A stretch of DNA of 64,000 nt. It comes from an uncultured Clostridium sp. GTDB lineage: Bacteria; Bacillota; Clostridia; TANB77; CAG-508. The notes beneath the pieces were generated by a model. It was given only the letters and a program-made list of their open reading frames with translations. It made no database searches and was not told the origin of the DNA. The stretch's first letter is position 1. Each line of letters starts with the position of its first letter. Of the stretch, positions 35,198 through 44,212 are shown piece after piece. The position numbers and the translations under genes are program-made. The stretch is from the NCBI GenBank assembly GCA_947567695.1, contig CANONT010000002.1, forward strand, positions 23,636-87,635, read 5' to 3'.

Positions 35198-36055
35198 ATG
35201 TCTGATATTATGTCATACCTATTTGAAACAAAAGCTGTAAAATTTTGTGAAGAAAACAAACCATTCTTTTTAACATCAGGAACCATTTCGCCATACTTTG
35301 TCAACACCCATTTCCTATATGGAAACGAAAAAGAAGCAACTGAATTTTTATCTTATATTGATACTTTATTAGCAGATCGAATTAATTTACCCAAAAAAAT
35401 ATTTGATACAGTATTGGCACAATATGAAAAGAATGAAATTTTTAAATACACCATTGACACGATGATAAAAGCCATCACAGAAAATGTAAATATCGATGAA
35501 ATTGATTACATCTCTGGTGGAGAAAGAAGAGATTGGTATTTCTCTAATATGATTGCTTATTTACTAAAAAAGCCACATCTTACGTTATTTAAAGATATGG
35601 AAGCATTTGTAAGTCCTTACGATTTTTCTTCTACTGAAAAAATAACAGACATCCAAGGAAAAACCGTATTAAATACCTCTGATTTAGTAAATGTTGCTTC
35701 TAATTATGTTCGTTCTTGGATCCCAGCCATTAAAAATTTAAACGGCAAATTGTTATGGACTTGCTATGTGGTAGATCGTAAACAAGGTGGAACCGAAGTA
35801 CTTGAAAAAGAAGGCATTAAAACTATTCCTTTAGCTTTAATAGATGACACCCTTTTTGAAAAAGCTTTTGAACTAGGAATTATCAACCAAGGACAATTAG
35901 AAATGCTAAAAGGATTTTATAAAGACCCATACGAAACCATGAGAAATTTTTTGATTAACCACCCAGAGTTCATAGAAAACGCTTTAAATGCTTCTGATGA
36001 AAGAACTCAAAAAAGAGTGAAAATTTTAACAGAAGATAATTTGTATAATTTATAA
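35198..36055 (+). CDS. phosphoribosyltransferase-domain protein (orotate PRTase-like paralog)
   Basis: 285 aa. RBS AAGGAGGAACC. The PRPP-binding loop resembles LWTCYVVDRKQGGTEVL (type I PRTase motif hhhhDD..TGGT variant). Confidence 0.55.
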   Translation: MSDIMSYLFETKAVKFCEENKPFFLTSGTISPYFVNTHFLYGNEKEATEFLSYIDTLLADRINLPKKIFDTVLAQYEKNEIFKYTIDTMIKAITENVNIDEIDYISGGERRDWYFSNMIAYLLKKPHLTLFKDMEAFVSPYDFSSTEKITDIQGKTVLNTSDLVNVASNYVRSWIPAIKNLNGKLLWTCYVVDRKQGGTEVLEKEGIKTIPLALIDDTLFEKAFELGIINQGQLEMLKGFYKDPYETMRNFLINHPEFIENALNASDERTQKRVKILTEDNLYNL

Positions 36056-36092
36056 TGTGCAATAGGGACGTTTCCCTTTGCACATTTTTTTT
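36056..36092 (+). terminator. intrinsic terminator built from the TGTGCAAT-AGGGACGTT-TCCCT-TTGCACA hairpin unit plus T8
   Basis: TGTGCAATAGGGACGTTTCCCTTTGCACA followed by TTTTTTTT, right after the PRTase stop. Lies between convergent genes. Confidence 0.6.
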
Positions 36093-36131
36093 CAAGAGGG
36101 ATGGACCTTTTTGGCAATTCTTGGCAATCAT

Positions 36132-36650
36132 CTACACAATTTTATTGCATCTAACCACAGTTACATGATCTGGTATATTTTTCAATACGGTGCTATTGGC
36201 ACCTATTTTCACATAGTTTCCAACTTTTATAGGACCTAGTACTTTTGCCCCTGCTCCTATCATGACATGGTTTCCAATGTCTGGATGTCGCTTGTTTTTG
36301 TCTTTTCCAGTTCCTCCTAGTGTTGAATTATGATAAATGGTACAGTCATTTCCTATGGTTGCTGTTTCTCCTATGACAATTCCCATGCCATGGTCAATGA
36401 ATAATCTTCTTCCTATTGTCGCTCCTGGATGAATTTCGATTCCTGTCAAAAATCTTCCGATTTGTGAAACTAGTCTTGCTAAAAATAATAATTTGTGTCG
36501 ATATAAGAAGTGTGCTAATCGATGAAATACAAGAATGTGAAATCCTGGGTATAAAATGATTACTTCTAATATATTCCTACTAGCTGGGTCTTTTTCTTTT
36601 ATATTTTTTGCATCTTCATATAATTCTTTTAAAAATAACATACTTATCAC
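36132..36650 (-). CDS. cysE: serine O-acetyltransferase
   Basis: 172 aa. Hexapeptide-repeat left-handed beta-helix with the CysE-characteristic block [44 protein letters not shown]. Confidence 0.8.
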   Translation of the reverse strand: MISMLFLKELYEDAKNIKEKDPASRNILEVIILYPGFHILVFHRLAHFLYRHKLLFLARLVSQIGRFLTGIEIHPGATIGRRLFIDHGMGIVIGETATIGNDCTIYHNSTLGGTGKDKNKRHPDIGNHVMIGAGAKVLGPIKVGNYVKIGANSTVLKNIPDHVTVVRCNKIV

Positions 36651-36839
36651 CTTATTATAAGATATGTACGTTATTTCTATCTAGTTATTGTCGTAAGGAA
36701 GAAATATGTTATAGCTAAATAATTTTTCTACCACTCTCTTTTCGACATTATTTGCATTGTTAATTATGTATAATGTTTATCGGCTTATTGCAAAGCTTTC
36801 ATTTACTGTATATGGCGGTCTACATATAGGAGGGAAACA

Positions 36840-37010
36840 ATGAAACATCTTTACAGTATAATTATGGAAGCAAAGACTCCTTATGTGTCTGGAGCCTTTA
36901 CTTCTGAAGAGTTAGAATTTATTGAACATAAAAACATTTTTCATGTAAAAATCGGAAACATCTACTTTATTTATGCTCGTCAAGCTAAAAGCATTCTTAG
37001 TTACCGTTAA
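36840..37010 (+). CDS. small hypothetical protein (56 aa)
   Basis: RBS AGGAGGG 6 nt before the ATG. Followed at 37065-37110 by a long bidirectional hairpin (ATAACCAAAAAA...TTTTTTGGTTAT). Below the 60-aa track threshold. Confidence 0.25.
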   Translation: MKHLYSIIMEAKTPYVSGAFTSEELEFIEHKNIFHVKIGNIYFIYARQAKSILSYR

Positions 37011-37153
37011 CTAACCCCCATACAGTAAATGAACAACTGCTTCCTGTTATAGGAATCAGATAACCAAAAAACCAGCTCACAAGAGTTGGCTTTTTTGGTT
37101 ATTACGAATCTGCTATCTTAACTATGGAAATATTTTAATTTAATTCTTATGGA

Positions 37154-37182
37154 TGTGCAAAAAGAAACGTCCCTATTGCACA
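37154..37182. repeat. inverted-orientation copy of the TGTGCAAT-R-GGGACGTTTC...TTTGCACA hairpin unit immediately 3' of uvrB
   Basis: TGTGCAAAAAGAAACGTCCCTATTGCACA is the reverse complement of the unit seen at 13804 and 36056. Confidence 0.5.
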
Positions 37183-39140
37183 TTACAACAATTTTTCTAG
37201 TTCTTTAATTTTATCACGTAATTCTGCTGCTTTTTCAAACTCCATACTAGTAGCAAATTGTAGCATTTGGTCTGTCAATTGTGCTATCACATCTTGAATA
37301 TTTTCATTTTTCTCTAATTTATATTCTACACTAATATCTTCTACGGTTGTCATGGCTATATTTTCACGCACTGATTTTTGAATGGTTTTTGGGGTAATGC
37401 CATGTTCTTTATTATATTGTTCTTGTATGCCTCTTCTTCTATTTGTCTCTGATATTGCTTTTTCCATACTTTCTGTCAATTCATCTGCATACATGATGAC
37501 GGTTCCATCTGTATTTCTGGCAGCACGACCGATGGTCTGGATTAAAGACCTTTCGGAACGCAAAAATCCTTCTTTGTCAGCGTCTAGGATTGCTACCAAA
37601 GAGACTTCTGGTATGTCTAGTCCTTCTCTTAACAGGTTAATTCCCACTAGTACATCAAATTCTCCCAAACGAAGATTACGAATGATTTCCATTCTTTCCA
37701 AGGCTTTGGTTTCTGAATGCATATAAGTTACTTTGATTTCTAAGCTTTTTAAGTATTCTGTTAAATCTTCTGCCATTTTTTTGGTTAAAGTAGTAACTAA
37801 AACTCTTTCTTTTCTTTCTACTCGAATTCGTATTTGTTCTAACAAGTCATCAATTTGATTGGTAACTGGTTTTACTTCTATTTTAGGATCCAATAATCCT
37901 GTTGGTCTGATAATTTGCTCTACTACATTGTCTTGGCTGTGTTCTTTTTCGTAGTCAGCTGGTGTGGCACTTACAAATACCACTTGATTTAATCTTTGTT
38001 CAAATTCGTCAAATTTTAGTGGTCTATTGTCAAAGGCAGATGGAAGTCGGAATCCATAATTGACAAGAGATTCTTTCCTTGACCTGTCCCCATTATACAT
38101 CGCTCTAACTTGAGGAATGGTTGCATGTGATTCGTCTACTAATAATAAAAAGTCATCTGGGAAATAGTCAAATAAAGTATAAGGCGGACTTCCTTCTTCT
38201 CTTCCACTAATATGTCTTGAGTAATTTTCGATCCCAGAACAAAATCCTGTTTCTTTCATCATTTCAATATCGAAATTGGTTCTTTCTTCTATTCTTTGGG
38301 CTTCGATTAGTTTGTTTTGTGCTTTGAAATATTTGACTCTTTCTTCCATTTCCTGTTCAATGGTGAGAATGGCTCTTTCCATCTTGTCTTTTGTTGTGAC
38401 ATAGTGAGAAGCGGGCGAAATTAATATGTGTTTTCTAATTCCTATTGGCTTTCCTGTTAGTGGATTGATTTCTGTAATTTTTTCGATTTCGTCTCCCCAA
38501 AATTCTACTCTGACAGCTGATTCGGATTGGTCTGAAGGATAAATTTCTACAATGTCCCCTTTGGCTCGAAAGGTTCCTCTTTTAAATTCAATTTCATTTC
38601 TTGTGTATTGCATGGTTATTAGCTTCTTTAATACTTGATCACGCGACTTGTTCATGCCAGAACGTAGCGATAACATCATCTCTTGATAATCCACTGGGTC
38701 TCCTAATCCGTAGATACAAGAAACCGATGCTACTATGATAACGTCTTTTGTTTCAAATAAAGACAAAGTGGCTGAGTGACGCAATTTGTCAATTTCATCA
38801 TTGATAGATGAGTCCTTTTCGATATAAGTGTCTGATGATGGGATATAGCTTTCTGGCTGATAATAGTCATAATAGGAAACAAAGTACTCTACATTGTTCT
38901 TAGGGAAGAACTCTTTAAACTCACTGAACAATTGTCCGTGCTAACGTTTTATTGTGTGCTAAAACAAGTGTTGGTTTTTGTACTTTTTCAATGATATTTG
39001 CCATTGTGAAAGTTTTTCCGAGAACCTGTAACGCCTAGAAGCGTCTGGAATTTCTTGCCTTCCATTATTCCTTTTGATAAGTATTCAATTGCTTGTGGTT
39101 GATCACCAGTTGGCTTATAATTTGATACTAATTCAAACAT
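37183..39140 (-). pseudogene. uvrB: excinuclease ABC subunit B interrupted by two +1 frameshifts near the 5' end
   Basis: Translation from the ATG at 39140 (RBS AGGAGG) gives [40 protein letters not shown], then a break at TCCG 39017-39020. The restored frame reads [29 protein letters not shown], then a break at TCCG 38935-38938. The 582-aa track ORF continues ([26 protein letters not shown]...). C-terminal UVR domain present. Confidence 0.8.
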
Positions 39141-39150
39141 TTTTCCTCCT

Positions 39151-39280
39151 TTGTGACCGATTAAAAGAACAACTATCCGCCAAAAATTCGTGTAATATAC
39201 CGAACAAATTCGTGTAATTTGTTCGCTTTTTTTCGTTTTTTTGTAAACATAATTAGCAATTACACGAATGCGGTCACAAA
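39151..39280. promoter_or_regulatory. dense inverted-repeat architecture upstream of uvrB (candidate operator region)
   Basis: Outer inverted repeats TTTGTGACCG (39151-39160) and CGGTCACAAA (39271-39280). A perfect 25-bp palindrome CGAACAAATTCGTGTAATTTGTTCG (39201-39225) is followed by T-runs. The motif ATTCGTGTAAT occurs 3 times (two direct, one inverted at 39259-39269). Confidence 0.35.
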
Positions 39281-39618
39281 CTTTATATTTTTAAACTATT
39301 TAACATTAAATAAAACTATTTAAAACTAAATACATTTTAGCATTTTTATATAAAAAACGCAAGGTATTGTTCCTTGCATTTATTTTACTCTTGTTTTATT
39401 TAACTATGCGACCAAAGACTTATAATATTCTTGCATAATTATATCTGTTTCTATATCTGTGCAATCAATAATATTTATCTATATCAGTATATTTAATTCC
39501 ATTTATTTCACTTTTACACATTCCCATTAAAGCTACAAATAATATGTGTGAATATACTGATATATCTTTACTTACTTTTATAAGTGTGACTAATTCTTCT
39601 ATTTTATATGTCTTCTTT

Positions 39619-39900
39619 TCATCTATTACTAAAGTATCTAACACTACCCTCTGAATTTAATCTGTCTTTTATAATAAATTCATACCAATATTCCATATAC
39701 ATTTCTACTGTTACATTTGTATATACAACATAAGTTCCATTTTCTAATTGTGATATTACTTTATATTTTTCTTTTTCGGCTTCCTCTTTTTTTATGAAAC
39801 CAGAATGTTGTACTGGTCTTTTAGAGTTATCTTTTAATGCAGTCTTAGTATCATGTTTCTGTTCATCTAGCCATGATTTTGATACACACTTCTTCCACAT
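39619..39900 (-). pseudogene. truncated tyrosine integrase (N-terminal arm-binding/SAM-like domain only)
   Basis: 93 aa. SKRPVQHSGFIKKEEAEKEKYKVISQLENGTYVVYTNVTVEMYMEYWYEFIIKDRL resembles the N-terminal DNA-binding part of Tn916/phage-type integrases (compare the N-terminus of int at 6762). No catalytic domain follows. Confidence 0.5.
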
Positions 39901-40090
39901 CTATCTCACGATGAATAGCTTGTGTTTTTCTATATGGTTGGCAATATCTACCACCACTACGGACTTTTACCGATTAACTAAACAACATGCCTGTCGCACA
40001 CTTTAAAATGCGAGCAACATAATGTTGCTCGCACCTATAGGGGTTAGAAATGTTAGTTACTGTTTAATTGTCCTTACTCTTTCTTTCTTG

Positions 40091-40543
40091 TTAACTCCAG
40101 CGTCCATACACTGTTACAGAAGAGTTTGTGCCGTTGTAAACAACCATCTTATAATCACCAGATTTCGGAAGAGTGAATGTTGTAGATTTTGTTTTCTGAC
40201 TACTCGTTAATCCCCAGCTTCCTACAGTTTCTCCATCAGAAACTCTCTTGATATATACAGATACAGTTCCTGCTCCGACGTTTCCTTCTAACGAAACAGT
40301 GAAAGTTTTGGAAAGTCCAATATAGGAATCCAAATGTGCATAATCATAGCCACTCTGCTGACTTCCAACTGTAACCCACGCACTCGTGTTGCTATAGGTA
40401 CTTACTCCCTTGTTGACAACATACTCATGAGTAGTATTAGAAGTTGTATTTTCTGCTGCAAATGCTGAAACTGATGTTCCAAACATCATAATAGCTGCCA
40501 TCCCAAAAGTTACCAACCGTTTTCCTAATTTAATATTCTTCAT
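40091..40543 (-). CDS. secreted hypothetical protein (signal peptide, Ser/Thr/Gly-rich beta-type domain)
   Basis: 150 aa. N-terminal signal MKNIKLGKRLVTFGMAAIMMFGTSVSAFAAE. RBS GAGGT. A perfect 22-bp palindrome TGCGAGCAACATAATGTTGCTCGCA lies downstream at 40000-40024. Confidence 0.5.
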   Translation of the reverse strand: MKNIKLGKRLVTFGMAAIMMFGTSVSAFAAENTTSNTTHEYVVNKGVSTYSNTSAWVTVGSQQSGYDYAHLDSYIGLSKTFTVSLEGNVGAGTVSVYIKRVSDGETVGSWGLTSSQKTKSTTFTLPKSGDYKMVVYNGTNSSVTVYGRWS

Positions 40544-40658
40544 ATAATTTACCTCGATTCTAAAGTAAACTAACCCCTATATGATGATAGACTAAATCGT
40601 ACTATCGAAAACAATGTTAACATAATATTATTTAAAGTTCAATGTTTTTCATTTTACC

Positions 40659-41786
40659 TTATTTTACCTTTTTTAGTTCTATTTTCTTATCTATACTATA
40701 TTTAGGTATGTTCAAGTTAAAATATAGTTTCTTATCCAAATTATTTTCTCCTATATCAAAAATTAAATCTATGCTATTAGGATCATACACATTAAATATT
40801 GTATATGTCTTTCCAGACTCATCTGAAATATTACTTCCTGAAACAATGTCTTCAATAGAATATTTGGTATTTATTGTAATTGATAAACTACCATCTGATG
40901 ATAAAGTGATTTTTTCTATATCCACACCCTCTATATTTTCTGATAGACTTAATTCTGTATAGTTTTTATTATAAAATCTATTTGGTATATCAATTTCAAA
41001 TTGCCATTCTGAATCAGATAATTTAAAATCTTCTGCATCTTTTATTTCAAGACCTGTATTCCCTGTATAAGAAAATTCTGCTAATGTATATCCTATATTA
41101 AATATTCTTATATACATTTTTTTACTTTCAGGTATTTTTTGTTTTGCTATTAATTCTAGCCTCATAATATTATTTCCATCCACTACTGATATAGGATTTA
41201 ATCTTCCCCCTGGAGTGATTTTTTTAGGAATAGAATGACTAGGATTATATTTTATTCCTAATTCCTCGCATAATTTTTTTTCATAATGCAAAAACTTACT
41301 TGCATTAAATGTATTTCTTTCTTCTACACAATATATATTATTTTTTTCATCAAATACAGCATATCCAAATTCGAATGCCTTATATTTATCCTTATATTCA
41401 TCTTTAATTTTAAAGTCTATATCTATTTGACATGTATAATCTTTCATTACTAATGAATTTATCTTTATACCAACTTCATTGTGACAAACATAATCCATAT
41501 TCAAATTCTCTGCATTATCATTTTGGTTTTCTGTACTCTCAATTACTTTTGCAGAATTTATCTGTCTGGAAAGATATTCTTCATATTCTTTTTCCCAATT
41601 CTTTTTTGCATATATAGATGATGCACTAGTTACTAATATTGCAACAACAAATAAAGAAGCAACTAAATTTATTATTCTCTTTTTAAAATTATATTTTTCT
41701 CTTATTCTTGTGCAAATAAAATTATATGTTTCAGCTTTGTTATACTCATTTTCTAAATATTCATCAAATATTTTATTTTTAGGCAT
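40659..41786 (-). CDS. putative anti-sigma factor (single-pass membrane protein co-transcribed with the ECF sigma)
   Basis: 375 aa. A short cytoplasmic N-domain, one TM (INLVASLFVVAILVTSASSIYA), then a large extracytoplasmic domain. Start overlaps the sigma-factor stop by 8 nt. RBS GGAGGATTATAACA. Confidence 0.5.
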   Translation of the reverse strand: MPKNKIFDEYLENEYNKAETYNFICTRIREKYNFKKRIINLVASLFVVAILVTSASSIYAKKNWEKEYEEYLSRQINSAKVIESTENQNDNAENLNMDYVCHNEVGIKINSLVMKDYTCQIDIDFKIKDEYKDKYKAFEFGYAVFDEKNNIYCVEERNTFNASKFLHYEKKLCEELGIKYNPSHSIPKKITPGGRLNPISVVDGNNIMRLELIAKQKIPESKKMYIRIFNIGYTLAEFSYTGNTGLEIKDAEDFKLSDSEWQFEIDIPNRFYNKNYTELSLSENIEGVDIEKITLSSDGSLSITINTKYSIEDIVSGSNISDESGKTYTIFNVYDPNSIDLIFDIGENNLDKKLYFNLNIPKYSIDKKIELKKVK

Positions 41787-42318
41787 TGTTATAATCCTCC
41801 TTTTTAAATTGTTTCTGTAATTCTTTTATGGTTCTATATATATAATTTTTTACTGTTGATTCTTTTAATTGCATTTCAAATGCAATTTCATTTATTTTCA
41901 TATCTAAATAATAAAAACAATAAAAAATTTTTGCTATTCTTATGTCTTTTTCTTTTATATAATTCCAAACATATTTAGCATTCTCTTTTGTAATAAATTG
42001 CAATTCTATATCTATATTTGAGTCAGATATTATTTTAATGTCTTCATTTTGATATATTGATACAATATTGGAATTTTTGCTTTTAGAACGATAATATCTC
42101 TTTAATACATTTTTAGCAATTCCAACGATATATGCTTCAACATTGTCTATTTTTATAAAATGTTTTCTTGAAAAATATTTATAAAAATTCAAATATGTGT
42201 CTTGAACTATATCTTTTACATCATCTAAATCATTACAATGCAATAGTACATATTTTAATGTATTTTTATATGTTGAATCATATATGCTATTAAATTTTTC
42301 CAATGTATTCTTGTTCAT
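41779..42318 (-). CDS. RNA polymerase ECF-type sigma-70 factor
   Basis: 179 aa. Region 2 (DVKDIVQDTYLNFYKYF) and region 4 HTH (MKINEIAFEMQLKESTVKNYIYRTIKELQ). RBS AAGGAGGAAAAA. Confidence 0.75.
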   Translation of the reverse strand: MNKNTLEKFNSIYDSTYKNTLKYVLLHCNDLDDVKDIVQDTYLNFYKYFSRKHFIKIDNVEAYIVGIAKNVLKRYYRSKSKNSNIVSIYQNEDIKIISDSNIDIELQFITKENAKYVWNYIKEKDIRIAKIFYCFYYLDMKINEIAFEMQLKESTVKNYIYRTIKELQKQFKKEDYNNA

Positions 42319-42432
42319 TTTTTCCTCCTTGATTGAATAGAATATAAATCCTCTAAATTTATAAATTTTATTAAAGACTATGAATATAATTTTTGATATT
42401 AATTATAAATATATTATACCATCAATATACTA

Positions 42433-42816
42433 TTATTTTATCCTTTTTAAAACTGATTTCATTATCTTTTTGGGTTTAGGTTTATTTTTGTCATTATTTT
42501 CTAAATATCTCATTATTTTTTCTTCTTCACTTTCGTAATACATTATTTCTGTTGCATTTTTTATATTACATTTAACATTATTTACTGATTTTCCAATTTT
42601 TCTGGCTATTATAGGATATATATCCCTCTCTAAATTAAAGTTATAATATTCATTTACAATATATAACATATAAATTGTTTCGGCTATATATTTACTACCT
42701 AAATGATCCAAATTATATCCTAAATATTTTAATTCACCATTTATTTTTTGTTTAATTTTTAATTCTTGAGTTCTGCACATTTTAGGAAATTTGAATGTTT
42801 CATTTAAGACAAACAA
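42433..42816 (-). CDS. Spo0A C-terminal (DNA-binding) domain-like standalone protein
   Basis: 127 aa. YLGYNLDHLGSKYIAETIYML...IYPIIARKIGKSVNNVKCNIKNATEIMY resembles the Spo0A_C fold. The track start is TTG; the alternative ATG at 42780 lacks a good RBS. Confidence 0.4.
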   Translation of the reverse strand: MFVLNETFKFPKMCRTQELKIKQKINGELKYLGYNLDHLGSKYIAETIYMLYIVNEYYNFNLERDIYPIIARKIGKSVNNVKCNIKNATEIMYYESEEEKIMRYLENNDKNKPKPKKIMKSVLKRIK

Positions 42817-42821
42817 ACAAT

Positions 42822-43524
42822 TTATTTTATTAGCATCTTTAGCAATATTATCATTTCTAGGGCTTCTTTATGAGATACTGTTCCTTTATAATTTAATATA
42901 TCTTTTCTCGTCATTTTTAAGAAATGATCTAATTCATTTGTCCAATCTTTCATTGTCATTGTATGCATACTTAATGCATTAATTTCTGCTATATCTAAAT
43001 ACGCTGATACCATTCTGTTTAATATTTGGAGTTCTTCTTTTGTTAAATAATTTTTAGCAATTTCTGTCTCACTTCTCGTTGGAATATCTCCTTGTTTGCA
43101 TCATAATCAACACTTGTGGCATAGATATCTAACTATTAATATTATATCCTTTTACTAGATACTCTTTAATTATTTTGTTTGCCCATATTCTAAACTGAGT
43201 ACCACGAATCGATTTTACACGATACCCAACTGCTATAATTAATTCTAAATTGTAAAATTTTGTTTTGTACTTTTTGCCGTCTTTTGCAGTTGTCAAGTTT
43301 TCCTTGACAACTGTAATCTCATTCAATTCTTTTTCTTTAAAAATATTATTAATATGCAAACTTATATTTTTCTTTGTTGTATTAAATAATTCTGCCATTG
43401 CATTTTGCGTTAACCATACATTCTCATCTTCTAATCTAACTTCTATTTTTACTTGTCCATCATCTGTGGTATAAAAAATTATATTATTATCTAAATTCGA
43501 CAACGTATTATCCAAATATTTCAC
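42822..43524 (-). pseudogene. RhuM-family protein, degraded (premature stop, internal deletion and frameshift)
   Basis: The N-part 43129-43524 (VWLTQNAMAELFNTTKKNISLHINNIFKEKEL...YNLELIIAVGYRVKSIRGTQFRIWANKIIKEYLVKGY) stops early. The spacer then encodes IYATSVDYDANKE out of frame. The C-part 42822-43013 (ILNRMVSAYLDIAEINALSMHTMTMKDWTNELDHFL) follows in yet another frame. Confidence 0.55.
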
Positions 43525-44146
43525 CTACCTTTCTTTGCTCATTTTCTTTTATCAACTCTATTACTTTTGGTATCTTCTCTATCCCACTTTTCTTTCCCAT
43601 ATGACCAATATTCTTGATTAGCACTGGAACTGCCTCAATACTTTTAGGAAATTGTTCTAATAGTTCAAAAGGTACTAAATGGTCATTATCACTATAAATT
43701 GCATATCTTTTATTAGATCTGTTCTTAAAATTCTCTAATTCCTTTTTAGACACTAGAAAATTCTGACATGCTCGGTTCAAATCTTGCTTCGTTTCCCTTT
43801 CAAAATACTGTGAAAATCCCGCTAACCCTATATATAAGTTTGTTTTCAAATCATTTTCATTCATATACTTAATGATAAATTCATTTCCTATTGAATGAGC
43901 TACTATAATACTATCACAATTTACATCTGGTAGATATCGATTAAATATCTTTTTCCATTCTTCATATACAACACCTTCTCTTGGAGGAAATTCAGGAAGA
44001 ATTACATTATATTTTAATTTTTCCAATTCGTTTTTTAACCATTCATAGATTTTGGGGATTCCATTATATCCATGAACTAGAATGACGTTTTTCACTTTTC
44101 TACTACTTCCTTTTACAATTTTTATTAATTCTAAATAAAGTGACAA
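43508..44146 (-). CDS. alpha/beta-hydrolase (YdeN/RBBP9-like serine hydrolase)
   Basis: 212 aa. VILVHGYNG, nucleophile elbow AHSIGN, and a late GHMG (His) block. Confidence 0.55.
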   Translation of the reverse strand: MSLYLELIKIVKGSSRKVKNVILVHGYNGIPKIYEWLKNELEKLKYNVILPEFPPREGVVYEEWKKIFNRYLPDVNCDSIIVAHSIGNEFIIKYMNENDLKTNLYIGLAGFSQYFERETKQDLNRACQNFLVSKKELENFKNRSNKRYAIYSDNDHLVPFELLEQFPKSIEAVPVLIKNIGHMGKKSGIEKIPKVIELIKENEQRKVGEIFG

Positions 44147-44150
44147 CTTA

Positions 44151-44170
44151 ATTCAGTCGGCACTGCCGAC
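44151..44170. repeat. GC-rich hairpin GTCGGCACTGCCGAC in an AT-rich intergenic spacer
   Basis: AGTCGGCACTGCCGACC has a 6-bp GC stem. Unusual composition for this genome; no flanking T-run. Confidence 0.3.
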
Positions 44171-44212
44171 CAAATTTATCCATTATGATCTTTTCGATAT
44201 TTCAGTATAAAT

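Noticed and set aside
36056-36092. The TGTGCAA...TTGCACA unit as a transcription-factor operator (palindromic ends)
   Set aside because: All copies sit at the 3' ends of convergent genes. One is followed by a T8 tract and forms a good RNA hairpin. Terminator or REP-like function fits better than promoter-proximal regulation.
39201-39225. Canonical LexA (Cheo) box upstream of uvrB
   Set aside because: The palindrome has CGAAC/GTTCG ends, but separated by 15 nt instead of 4. It does not fit CGAACRNRYGTTYG, so it is reported only as a non-canonical candidate.
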